In this document: in pieces, positions 55,682 to 64,000 of the stretch
How positions within the stretch are numbered: the first letter of the stretch is position 1
Layout of the letters: the number at the start of each line of letters is the position of its first letter
Source of the DNA: an uncultured virus (IMG/VR IMGVR_UViG_3300022660_000083)
Lineage: Duplodnaviria > Heunggongvirae > Uroviricota > Caudoviricetes
Length of the DNA: 64,000 nucleotides
Direction: 5' to 3' (one strand)
IMG/VR virus record: IMGVR_UViG_3300022660_000083
Position numbers and translations under genes: made by a program
Notes under the pieces: generated by a model
Seen by the model: only the letters and a program-made list of their open reading frames with translations
Told to the model about the DNA's origin: nothing
The model's database searches: none

Positions 55682-56066
55682 AGACATTTTAGTGGCAAAC
55701 GAGCCTTTGAAACGCTTATGCGATAAGAGGCTTGTAAACTACAAGAAGATGCGAGAACTTGCCAAATTATATAGGGCGGTTAAGCAAGAGGTGGAGTTCT
55801 ACTCAGTAGAGGAAAAGAAAGCAGTTGATATCTATGCAGAATTAGATAAAAACGGCACACCTATTTTTCTTGAAGATGGTAGGCTTCGCTTAAAGGATAT
55901 GGAGTCCAAGATTGCTTTTGAAAAGGAAATCGAAAAGCTCCGTGATACCGAGGTTGACGGCATTGAACCGATTATTCTTTGTGAGAAGGATTTTCGTTCA
56001 GAGGACGATTTGCCTACGGTAAATGAAATGCTAGCTCTTGAACCGCTTGTGGTATTCGAGGACTAA
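55671..56066 (+). CDS. Phage hypothetical protein
   Basis: RBS GGAGG; follows the tail spike gene. Confidence 0.7.
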   Translation: MKLKDILVANEPLKRLCDKRLVNYKKMRELAKLYRAVKQEVEFYSVEEKKAVDIYAELDKNGTPIFLEDGRLRLKDMESKIAFEKEIEKLRDTEVDGIEPIILCEKDFRSEDDLPTVNEMLALEPLVVFED

Positions 56067-56079
56067 AGGAGGAAGAATT

Positions 56080-56340
56080 ATGGGTGAAACTATTGTAACC
56101 ATCGCATCGATTATCACTGCCATAGGCGTAATTTTCGGTGTCATTTTTGCCATCTATAAATGGTACTTAAAGCAAGAAAAGCAGGATAAGGACATCAAGA
56201 TAATCAAGGAGGAGCAGTTCCTTCTTACTCAAGGTGTCCTTGCTTGCCTTAAAGGTCTACAAGAGCAAGGCTGTGACGGACCTGTAACAATTGCAATAAA
56301 GCAACTAGAAAACCACATCAACAAACAAGCACATAAATAA
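56080..56340 (+). CDS. Holin-like single-TM protein
   Basis: N-terminal TM then coiled coil, GC.GPV; lysis-module position. Confidence 0.6.
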   Translation: MGETIVTIASIITAIGVIFGVIFAIYKWYLKQEKQDKDIKIIKEEQFLLTQGVLACLKGLQEQGCDGPVTIAIKQLENHINKQAHK

Positions 56341-56354
56341 TAGGAGGAATTATC

Positions 56355-56735
56355 ATGAACGAAATTTTAATGAACATCATATCTGTTTTAGTAACTGCGG
56401 TTATTTTGCCGCTTATCTCTTTTGCAGGCTCGAAGCTGATTACTTGGCTTAACACCAAGATTAAAGACGAGAACGGTAAAATTCAGCTTACAGTAGCCAC
56501 CACAATCGTCACGAATGCCGTTAGAAGCGTCTTTCAAACTTATGTGGACACTCTTAAGAAGAACGGTACATTCGACCTAGAAAGCCAAAAAATCGCCCTT
56601 ACAAAGGCAAAGGACGAGGCTCTTGCTCAAATGACTGATGATATCAAGGAATACATAACCAAGAACTATGGTGACCTTGAGGCTTGGCTTACTACGCAGA
56701 TTGAGGCAACAATTAATATCTTAAAGAATAAGTAA
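56355..56735 (+). CDS. Holin-like protein (LL-H type)
   Basis: One N-terminal TM, AV..V.Q, QIEA.I C-terminus. Confidence 0.65.
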   Translation: MNEILMNIISVLVTAVILPLISFAGSKLITWLNTKIKDENGKIQLTVATTIVTNAVRSVFQTYVDTLKKNGTFDLESQKIALTKAKDEALAQMTDDIKEYITKNYGDLEAWLTTQIEATINILKNK

Positions 56736-56741
56736 CGAACT

Positions 56742-56778
56742 ATCCCACTTAGTCAATACGGCTTGGTGGGATTTTTTT
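56742..56778 (+). terminator. Terminator ending the late operon
   Basis: ATCCCAC...GTGGGAT stem then T-run. Confidence 0.8.
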
Positions 56779-56812
56779 ATTGCAAAAATTCTCTGCATAT
56801 ATGGCTAATGGG

Positions 56813-56841
56813 TAGAAAAATTCATGTTTTTATGGTATAAT
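56813..56841 (+). promoter_or_regulatory. Sigma-A promoter of the accessory cassette
   Basis: TAGAAA-17 nt-TATAAT with extended TG. Confidence 0.6.
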
Positions 56842-56871
56842 AGTTAAAACATCAAAGAAAAAGGATAAGTT

Positions 56872-57342
56872 ATGGATAATCTTGTATGTTCTTTTTTTGG
56901 TCACAGGGACGTTGAAATCACACCTGAATTGACTGAAAGAACCACAAAGGAAATAAAAAACGCCATTGTCGAAGGTTGTCGAATTTTCTACTTTGGTGGC
57001 TATAGTGATTTTGATAGCTTGTGCTATTCCATTGTTACACAAATCAAAGAGCAAAGACCTGAGTTAGAGCTGCAAAGAATATATTGTGTCTCTCAAGAAA
57101 GATACCTACGTAAAAAAGTGAGGTATTTCAACAGGAGCGATTATGATGATGTCATTTATCTAATGCCTTCTTTCGAGGGTTGGTATAAAAGTATTTATTA
57201 CCGAAACTGTGCCATGATAGACAACAGTGACTACATTATTTTCTATTGCGAAGAAAATCCAAATTCAGGTGCTTATAAAGCTTATAAATACGCTCTAAAG
57301 CATAAGAAATCAATAGCAAATTTATTTAGAAAGTTAGATTAA
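56872..57342 (+). CDS. SLOG-superfamily (DUF1273/YspA-like) protein
   Basis: CSFFGHR, FYFGG..DFD, RNCAMIDNSD, SGAYKAYKYA. Confidence 0.75.
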   Translation: MDNLVCSFFGHRDVEITPELTERTTKEIKNAIVEGCRIFYFGGYSDFDSLCYSIVTQIKEQRPELELQRIYCVSQERYLRKKVRYFNRSDYDDVIYLMPSFEGWYKSIYYRNCAMIDNSDYIIFYCEENPNSGAYKAYKYALKHKKSIANLFRKLD

Positions 57343-57359
57343 GCAGAGGAGGTGTTGCC

Positions 57360-58451
57360 ATGCCATTAAGAATAATTAGAAATGACTTGTTACAGATGGA
57401 GGTTGATGCCATTGTTAATCCTACCGATAGTAAATTATCGGGTTCGGGTAGTATTGATTTAAGAATCCATCAAGCAGGAAAAGAAGAATTAAAAAAAGAA
57501 CTACTTAGCATTGGTAAATGTGACATAGGTGATGCCATATTAACTAACGCATACAATATGTCATGCAGATATATCATTCACACAGTAGGTCCGATATGGA
57601 ACGGTGATTCTAAAGCATTTAAAGTCCTTGAAAGTTGTTATAGGAATTGTTTGGAGTTGGCAATATCACAAGACATAGAAAGCATTGCGTTCCCTTTGAT
57701 AGCCACAGGTTCATTTGGGTTTCCTACAGACAAAGCTATTCAAATTGCTATCAATACCATTAATTCGTTTTTACTTGACTACGATTTAGACGTATATTTA
57801 GTTGTTTATAACAGTGAGGCGTTTGGTATTTCCAAAAAGCTAGTAGAGGATGTTAAATCTTACATAGAAGACGATGTTGAAGAAGACGAAAGAATAAAGT
57901 TTATTCAAGAATTGTTATCTTACTATGAATTTAATGAAACTCCACTTGCTAAAAAAATAGTTGGAAAGATAAAAGTAAGTGATGCCATTGAAACTTCATT
58001 TAAGTGTTGTGCTCCAATGGCGGCGGATTTTTGCGAAAGTATAGAGGAAGGTAGCTTAGAGGATCTAATTCCTGAGCTTGATAAAATTAAATGGACAAAT
58101 GAGGACTCCTTTACATATAAGTTGTTCAAGATAATTGATGACAACAATCTTAAAGACTCAGATGTATATAACGCAGCTGGTATTAGTAAAATGGTGTTCT
58201 CTAACATTAGAAAAGGCATAATTCCTAAAAAGAAAACCGTATTCCAACTTTGCTTGACTCTTCCAATAGGAATTACACAAGCTACCGATTTGTTGGCTAG
58301 TGCAGGATATACTTTCGTATTAAGCGATAAATTTGAGAAGACCATAAAGAAAATTATTGAGGCGAAAAACACGAAGAAACTTACCCGAATAGATGTCATT
58401 GATTTGATACTTTATGAGTTAGGATTACCCGTATTTAACAACGCTTATTAA
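57360..58451 (+). CDS. Macrodomain protein with C-terminal HTH-like region
   Basis: DAIVNP, GSGSID..IH, IIHTVGP, SIAFPLIATGSFGFP; VYNAAGISKMVFSNIR. Confidence 0.88.
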   Translation: MPLRIIRNDLLQMEVDAIVNPTDSKLSGSGSIDLRIHQAGKEELKKELLSIGKCDIGDAILTNAYNMSCRYIIHTVGPIWNGDSKAFKVLESCYRNCLELAISQDIESIAFPLIATGSFGFPTDKAIQIAINTINSFLLDYDLDVYLVVYNSEAFGISKKLVEDVKSYIEDDVEEDERIKFIQELLSYYEFNETPLAKKIVGKIKVSDAIETSFKCCAPMAADFCESIEEGSLEDLIPELDKIKWTNEDSFTYKLFKIIDDNNLKDSDVYNAAGISKMVFSNIRKGIIPKKKTVFQLCLTLPIGITQATDLLASAGYTFVLSDKFEKTIKKIIEAKNTKKLTRIDVIDLILYELGLPVFNNAY

Positions 58452-58530
58452 AAGTAAATTTAGACTTTACCATTTAATTGAAATAAAATGATATACTCTC
58501 CTTGTAAAACAAACGAGGAGGGTATTTTTT

Positions 58531-59196
58531 ATGACCAGAACAATTAAAGTAACAGGAAAAAGTAATGTCCAAGCAACCCCAGACTATACAAGAATTAGTC
58601 TTTCTATTTCAGACACGTTGGAAGAATACGATTCATGTTTGGCAAAATCCGTTGAGGATATGAACATTATCGTAGAGTGCATCAAGGCATTTGGTTTTGA
58701 GAGAAAAGAACTAAAGACATCGGGTTTTGAAATAAATAGAAAGACCGAGGGCTACCGTGACAAAAACAATGATTGGAAATATCGTTTTATTGGGTATGAA
58801 TACACGCAAAATCTCAATTTCACTTTCAAGAACGATAACCAAAGATTAGGACAAATTCTCTATGCATTGGCTCACTTGTCTATCATCCCTGAAATCAATA
58901 TCTCTTATTTTTGTAGTGATGTAGAAACAATCAAGAATCAACTGTTAGAACTTGCAATAAAAGATGCCAAGAAAAAGGCAGAAATCTTAACAAATGCATC
59001 AGGAGTAAAGTTGTGTGAAATTATCGACATTGACTACTCTTGGATAAATGTTTCGTTTGAAACTGATGACATGAAATTTTGCAAGCCAATGATGTTTGAA
59101 GAATGTTGTGATGCTGCTCCGTCATATAATGTTGATTTTGAACCCGATGATGTTTCGACAAGTGATAGTGTAAGAATAACATTTAGAATCGAGTAA
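58531..59196 (+). CDS. SIMPL (DUF541)-domain protein
   Basis: RTIKVTG...PD, LAIKDAKKKAE.L..ASGVKL, V.ITF.I end; no signal peptide. Confidence 0.8.
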   Translation: MTRTIKVTGKSNVQATPDYTRISLSISDTLEEYDSCLAKSVEDMNIIVECIKAFGFERKELKTSGFEINRKTEGYRDKNNDWKYRFIGYEYTQNLNFTFKNDNQRLGQILYALAHLSIIPEINISYFCSDVETIKNQLLELAIKDAKKKAEILTNASGVKLCEIIDIDYSWINVSFETDDMKFCKPMMFEECCDAAPSYNVDFEPDDVSTSDSVRITFRIE

Positions 59197-59207
59197 AAGG
59201 TGTAAAA

Positions 59208-59471
59208 ATGGATAAAAAGAAAATCGAAGAAATAGTAACAAAAGTGGTAGCATATTTAGAAACATTGCCTCTAGGAACAGAAATTTCTACATGGCAAGCA
59301 ACAAAAGAAGGTTATGGAATCAAAGATTTAGAAGATTGTGATTTCTTTGGAATAGATAAGCAAGTAAGAGTGGCTGCAAAAAAGGTTGGATTGAAATTGG
59401 ACAGTTCAAAGTACAACAATTGTGAGGTCGGATTGCCTTTCAACATTCCGTTTGTAATAAGAAAGAAGTAG
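59208..59471 (+). CDS. Hypothetical protein
   Basis: 87-aa ORF in the operon, GLPFN..F motif. Confidence 0.65.
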   Translation: MDKKKIEEIVTKVVAYLETLPLGTEISTWQATKEGYGIKDLEDCDFFGIDKQVRVAAKKVGLKLDSSKYNNCEVGLPFNIPFVIRKK

Positions 59472-59482
59472 GAGGTACACGA

Positions 59483-61066
59483 ATGATTGGTGCAATTATT
59501 GGTGATATCGTTGGCTCAAGATTTGAGTTTAACAATATAAAAACGAAGAAATTTTATTTATTTGATAAGAAATGCTCTGTGACGGATGATTCTGTTATGA
59601 GCGTGGCAGTGGCGGATATGTGTTTGAATGGTTATGTTCCAAACAATAAGAAAATGATTATTCAGACATTCAAAAAATGGGGACAAAAATATCCTTACGC
59701 AGGTTATGGTTCTCGTTTTTATCATTGGGTTTTATCGGATGAATCTATGCCATACAACTCTTGTGGTAATGGCAGTGCGATGAGGATTTCTGCCATTGGT
59801 TTCTTTGCAAACACTGCGGAGGAAGTAGAACTTTATTCAAAAGCAGTAACTGAAGTAACGCACAACCATCCCGAAGGAATAAAAGGTGCTTATGTTACGT
59901 CTATGTGCATTTATCTTGCTAGAAAAGGTGCGTCGAAAAAAGAGATAAAAGAGTTTGTAGAAAAGTATTATGATATTGATTTTGACTATGAAACATTGAG
60001 AAGAACATATAAGCACGAGGCTGAAATTTGCCAAAATACTGTACCTCAAGCAATTTATTGTTTCTTGATTAGTAGCGGTTTTGAAGATTGTCTTAGAACT
60101 ACGATTTCTATTGGTGGTGATTGCGATACTACGGCTGCTATTTCGTGTGCGATTGCAGAGGCATATTACGGTATCCCTAGCGAAATAATCGAACAAGTTA
60201 TGGAATACATACCTGATGACATGAAAGAAATCATACTGAAATTTGACCGTCAAATGCTAGAATCCTCAATTAGTAGATATGGTAGAATTTTGAAATTTAT
60301 TAAGCCATTGGAAGAGTATCCTGATAAACTTGCAAGATGGCAAGAGGGTGAAAGTAAAAAGGATAAAGACGGTAAAATCGTTTTAACTTTGGGCTTTCCA
60401 ATCTACGAGTCTGATGTTGTTGAATTTATGGAGGCAGTTCGTTCGTTCTTTGTGTATGACTACGTCAAAGTAATTGAATCATATGGAATCAAATATGAAA
60501 ATATTGATATTCACGCACTTGATTTAGCTAAGTATGATGACAAGTTGGTTTTGGCAATGCTTACTGCAATTATTCGCTCTGATAGAGTTAACGAAGGCTT
60601 GATTATGGATATGATAAAAAATGGTTCTATCTTAAAGTTGCTTTTAAGATTGCAAGATTTTGATGAACCATTGCTAAAAGAAGATATAATTACCAAAATT
60701 GATTATTCGTATAGTTGTTTTGGTGACTTTTCAAAGAATGAAGGTTTCGTAATCGATATTCTTTCAAAAGAAAAAGTTAGAATCGAATACAGTTCTCATA
60801 ATATGGACGGTATAAAACCTGTTGTGGTTCTTGACGAGTCAGATTCCAAGACTTTGATAACCAAACTTTACAATTTGAACATTTTAGAGTGGCTAGAGGA
60901 CTACGAACCAAAAGATATGATAGTTCTTGATGGCGAGTCTTGGCGAATGGAAATCGACACTTATAATTTAGGACATATCCATAAAGGTGGAAATAACGCC
61001 TTCCCACATAATTGGCATTCGTTTAGAAACTTTAGAAGATGGATTTTAAGTAAAATGAGAGTTTGA
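59483..61066 (+). CDS. ADP-ribosylglycohydrolase (ARH/DraG family) with two extra C-terminal domains
   Basis: GAIIGD..GS..EF, TDDS, GNGSAMR, THNHPEG, GGDCDT; DUF6508-like IRSDRVNEG; LDGESW..GNNAFP. Confidence 0.9.
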   Translation: MIGAIIGDIVGSRFEFNNIKTKKFYLFDKKCSVTDDSVMSVAVADMCLNGYVPNNKKMIIQTFKKWGQKYPYAGYGSRFYHWVLSDESMPYNSCGNGSAMRISAIGFFANTAEEVELYSKAVTEVTHNHPEGIKGAYVTSMCIYLARKGASKKEIKEFVEKYYDIDFDYETLRRTYKHEAEICQNTVPQAIYCFLISSGFEDCLRTTISIGGDCDTTAAISCAIAEAYYGIPSEIIEQVMEYIPDDMKEIILKFDRQMLESSISRYGRILKFIKPLEEYPDKLARWQEGESKKDKDGKIVLTLGFPIYESDVVEFMEAVRSFFVYDYVKVIESYGIKYENIDIHALDLAKYDDKLVLAMLTAIIRSDRVNEGLIMDMIKNGSILKLLLRLQDFDEPLLKEDIITKIDYSYSCFGDFSKNEGFVIDILSKEKVRIEYSSHNMDGIKPVVVLDESDSKTLITKLYNLNILEWLEDYEPKDMIVLDGESWRMEIDTYNLGHIHKGGNNAFPHNWHSFRNFRRWILSKMRV

Positions 61067-61088
61067 TTAATAATGCAAGGAGACGAAA

Positions 61089-61238
61089 ATGAGTGATAAG
61101 AAAATTACAATAGTGTATTCAGAGCCGGCGGATTATTTTCCAAAGAGCACAAGGAAGAAATATAAACTTGGGGAGTATGCAGAACAACCCACAAACGAAC
61201 AGAAGAAACCTACGAAGAAAACACCAAAAAAGAAATAA
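61089..61238 (+). CDS. Small basic protein (49 aa), not in the ORF track
   Basis: RBS AAGGAG; MSDKKITIVYSEPADYFPK...KKK*. Confidence 0.6.
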   Translation: MSDKKITIVYSEPADYFPKSTRKKYKLGEYAEQPTNEQKKPTKKTPKKK

Positions 61239-61256
61239 GAAAAAGTTTTATATTAC

Positions 61257-61288
61257 GAGCTGTAGCTTAACTGCTATGGCTCTTTTTT
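61257..61288 (+). terminator. Intrinsic terminator
   Basis: GAGCTGTAGC/GCTATGGCTC then T6. Confidence 0.8.
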
Positions 61289-61320
61289 ATGCCTTGAAAA
61301 AAATTTAAAAATTTCAAAAC

Positions 61321-61364
61321 TTTTTCACCCGATTTGCTCTCGACTTCCCATTTGACTCTTGAAG
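61321..61364 (+). promoter_or_regulatory. 44-bp element, copy 2
   Basis: 39/44 identical to 26129-26172; directly upstream of the RBS of the 61378 gene. Confidence 0.7.
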
Positions 61365-61377
61365 GAGGCCGAGAGCT

Positions 61378-61773
61378 ATGACAACAGAACAAAGAAATAA
61401 AATTTATGAATTACGAGAAGGTGGACTAGGATATAAGGCCATTGCTAAAGAATTATCCTTGTCACCAAGTGCGGTTAGATGTGTTTGCGATACCAAGAAA
61501 AAAGACGATGCCCCTGCAGGGGTTTGTAAGAATTGTGGAGTAAAAATAAGGTCTATCAAAGGCAAGAAAAAGCGATTGTTTTGCTCTGATAGATGCAGGA
61601 TGATGTGGTGGAACAATCATAAAGACCAGGTCAACCGAAAAGCATATTATACCTTCATTTGCAAGGGTTGTGGCAAAGAGTTCAATTCTTACGGAAACAA
61701 CCAAAGAACCTACTGTTCTATTGCGTGCTACTCCAAGTCAAGACGCAAGGAGGCGAATGGTAATGAAAGATAA
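61378..61773 (+). CDS. HTH + double Zn-finger protein of the recombinase operon
   Basis: GLGYKAIAKELSLS HTH; CKNC..FCSDRC, CKGC..YCSIAC. Confidence 0.75.
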   Translation: MTTEQRNKIYELREGGLGYKAIAKELSLSPSAVRCVCDTKKKDDAPAGVCKNCGVKIRSIKGKKKRLFCSDRCRMMWWNNHKDQVNRKAYYTFICKGCGKEFNSYGNNQRTYCSIACYSKSRRKEANGNER

Positions 61774-62032
61774 TATTATTCGTTTCTATATGGCACTTGC
61801 ACCTCTTCAAGCAATGGAACGAAAAGGTATAATCACTCACGCTGAATTTCTCAAAGCGGAGGACTTTTTGGCTAAAAAATATTATCTAAAAAAACACAAT
61901 ATTTATAGGCAAAATGACTTGATAAATAATTCAAAAAGAGTGATATATATACTACCGCAAGAGGAGGTGCAAAATGATACAAAAAACGATAACGACAATA
62001 GAACCGTTACCACAGTTAGAAAGGTTGATTAG
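61763..62032 (+). CDS. SHOCT-like small protein
   Basis: M..KGIIT..EF..A...L.KKY; RBS AAGGAGG 9 nt upstream. Confidence 0.65.
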   Translation: MKDNIIRFYMALAPLQAMERKGIITHAEFLKAEDFLAKKYYLKKHNIYRQNDLINNSKRVIYILPQEEVQNDTKNDNDNRTVTTVRKVD

Positions 62033-63287
62033 AGTTGCTGCTTATGCAAGAGTATCAAGCGGAAAAGATGCAATGCTACATTCCTTATCGGCTCAAATCA
62101 CTTACTACCAAAACTACATCGTTTCACATCAAGGTTGGGAGTTTGCAGGGGTTTACGCAGATGAGGCTTTAACGGGAACAAAGGATAACCGAGAAGAGTT
62201 CCAAAGGCTTATTCAAGATTGCAAAGACGGAAAGATAGACCTAATCATTGTTAAGGCGATTTCAAGATTTGCAAGAAACACGGCAACATTGCTTGAAACG
62301 GTAAGGTTATTAAAAAGCCTTAAAGTGAACGTCTACTTTGAAGAACAAAACCTTTACACAATGAGTGCTGAAGGCGAGATGGTGCTTACATTCCTTGCTT
62401 CATTTGCTCAAGAAGAAAGCAGATCCGTAAGTGAGAATATGAAGTGGCGTATCAGAAAGGATTTTGAACAAGGGCTTATTTGGGGTTCAAAACCTCAACT
62501 TGGATATAGGGTTGTGGATAGACGCTTAGTTCTTGTTCCTGAAGAGGTTGACCTTGTGAAAAGGATATTCAGTCTTTACTTAGACGGTTATGGTTTCCAA
62601 GCAATAGCAAACATTCTTAACGCAGAAGGCTTAACAGGTATTCACGGAGTTAGGTGGTCGAAAATGACTGTTGACCACATTCTTAAAAACTACAATTACA
62701 CAGGTGACCTGATATTGCAAAAGACTTTTAGAATTGACCACTTAAGCAAAAAGAAAAAGAAGAACAACGGTGAGGTAGACCAATTCCTAGTTGAAAATGC
62801 ACACGAACCTATCATTTCCAAAGAAGACTTTATGCGTGTCCAAGAACTTATCGAACAACGAGCAAGGTACTTTAAGACCAAGAAGAAACCTAACACAATT
62901 CACCCTTTTACAGGAATAATAAAGTGTGGGATTTGCGGTAAGGGGTTCAGACGAAAAACGCAAAAGCCTCGCATATGGTGGGCTTGCAGCACATTCAACA
63001 CACAAGGTAAAGACCATTGCAGTGGCAAGTCAATTCCTGAAGAAACGCTTATTGAAGAAACAAAAAAGGTTCTTGGCGTTGAGAGTGTAACGATAGACAT
63101 TATAAAGAAAAAGCTAGACCACATCGAGGCATTTGACGGCAACAAGCTAGTGTTTTATTTGAAGAACGGCAAGGTTGTAGAAACCACATGGAAAGACCGT
63201 TCAAGAAGACAAAGTTGGACACCTGAAATGAAGGAAATTGCACGTCAAAGAGCTTTAGAACAACATCGCAGAAAGGAAGGTAAATAA
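61974..63287 (+). CDS. Large serine recombinase 1
   Basis: AAYARVSS catalytic Ser, YADEALTG, SRFARN, AQEESRSVSEN, Zn ribbon CGICG. Confidence 0.95.
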   Translation: MIQKTITTIEPLPQLERLIRVAAYARVSSGKDAMLHSLSAQITYYQNYIVSHQGWEFAGVYADEALTGTKDNREEFQRLIQDCKDGKIDLIIVKAISRFARNTATLLETVRLLKSLKVNVYFEEQNLYTMSAEGEMVLTFLASFAQEESRSVSENMKWRIRKDFEQGLIWGSKPQLGYRVVDRRLVLVPEEVDLVKRIFSLYLDGYGFQAIANILNAEGLTGIHGVRWSKMTVDHILKNYNYTGDLILQKTFRIDHLSKKKKKNNGEVDQFLVENAHEPIISKEDFMRVQELIEQRARYFKTKKKPNTIHPFTGIIKCGICGKGFRRKTQKPRIWWACSTFNTQGKDHCSGKSIPEETLIEETKKVLGVESVTIDIIKKKLDHIEAFDGNKLVFYLKNGKVVETTWKDRSRRQSWTPEMKEIARQRALEQHRRKEGK

Positions 63288-63288
63288 T

Positions 63289-64000
63289 ATGGCAAAGGTT
63301 ACAGTTATACCGTCAAAAGTTAATCCTATAACGCTAACACCGATAGGACAAGTAGTAAAGAGAAAGGTTGCTGCTTATGCTCGTGTTTCCACCGATAGCG
63401 ATGAACAGTATTCTAGTTACGAAGCTCAAGTTACCTATTACACCAATTTCATAAAAGGTAAGCCGAATTGGGAGTTTGTAAAGGTATACGCAGACGAAGG
63501 CATTTCAGGAACAACCACAAAAAGACGTGACGATTTCAATGAAATGATTGAAAAGGCATTAAACGGTGAGATAGACCTTATCATTACAAAATCAATATCC
63601 CGTTTTGCAAGAAACACCCTAGACACAATAACCTATGTTAGAAAGTTAAAAGCGGCAGGGGTTGAGGTTTATTTTGAAAAGGAAAACTTGTGGTCGCTTG
63701 ACGATAAAACTGAGTTCTTGCTTACCATAATGGCATCCATAGCACAAGAAGAAAGTCGCAGTATTTCACAAAACGTCACACTTGGCAAGAGATGGAGTAT
63801 GAAGGAAGGACGAGTTAGTTTCGCTTACAAGAATTTCTTAGGATACGACAAGGTGGATGGCAAGATAGTCATTAACGAAGAACAAGCGAAAATCGTAAGA
63901 CTAATTTATATGATGTTTCTTAAGGAAGGTAAAACCTGCACAGGCATTGCAGAATACTTAAAAAGCGAAGGGATACCGACACCTTCGGGAAAGTCCTGCA
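63289..64000 (+). CDS. Large serine recombinase 2 (truncated by window end)
   Basis: ATG 63289; AAYARVSTD, YADEGISGT, KSISRFARN, AQEESRSISQN. Confidence 0.93.
   Translation, partial: MAKVTVIPSKVNPITLTPIGQVVKRKVAAYARVSTDSDEQYSSYEAQVTYYTNFIKGKPNWEFVKVYADEGISGTTTKRRDDFNEMIEKALNGEIDLIITKSISRFARNTLDTITYVRKLKAAGVEVYFEKENLWSLDDKTEFLLTIMASIAQEESRSISQNVTLGKRWSMKEGRVSFAYKNFLGYDKVDGKIVINEEQAKIVRLIYMMFLKEGKTCTGIAEYLKSEGIPTPSGKSC

Larger units (their letters stand above)
13573..64000 (+). mobile_element. Integrated siphovirus-type prophage with defence cargo and tandem large serine recombinases; right end outside window, left end approximate
   Basis: GC shift after the tRNA; replication, packaging, HK97 head and tail modules; recombinases at the right edge. 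Confidence 0.85.

Noticed and set aside
58451..58468. AAAGT-N8-ACTTT as an operator for the macrodomain-HTH protein
   Set aside because: A 5-bp AT-rich inverted repeat in single copy is expected by chance
7540..63626. Many short minus-strand and nested alternative-frame ORFs in the track
   Set aside because: All overlap well-supported + strand genes and lack RBS or protein-like motifs
1..64000. Mycoplasma-type code 4 (TGA = Trp)
   Set aside because: The 9.6-kb AT-rich ORF has no in-frame TGA and uses TGG; phage genes use ATGA stop/start overlaps (33414, 40977, 47307, 51585)

Overview
Positions 1-13572 are AT-rich host chromosome (one sampled 60-nt line about 23% GC, standard genetic code). 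They hold a SipW-like signal peptidase operon with TasA/CalY-like proteins and a 3214-aa surface protein, a divergent CTP synthase (pyrG) and tRNA-Glu(UUC). From just after the tRNA to the window end lies a more GC-rich (one sampled line about 40%) integrated element, all on the + strand, that looks like an HK97-type siphovirus prophage. In order it carries: a defence island (C protein, LlaJI-like R-M, Mrr, uncharacterised genes); an ImmA/IrrE-HTH fusion and a phage sigma factor; recombination and replication genes; a packaging/methylation block (HNH, TerS, Dcm, short MetK, ParB-MTase) interrupted by a four-gene fibre-like cassette and a three-way-junction structure; head and tail genes; two holin-like genes with no endolysin; an ADP-ribose-processing cassette (SLOG, macrodomain, SIMPL, ARH); and tandem large serine recombinases truncated at the edge. 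The missing endolysin and the host gene content suggest a wall-less, Acholeplasmatales-like host (inference). All protein family calls come from motif recognition by eye; no database searches were run.
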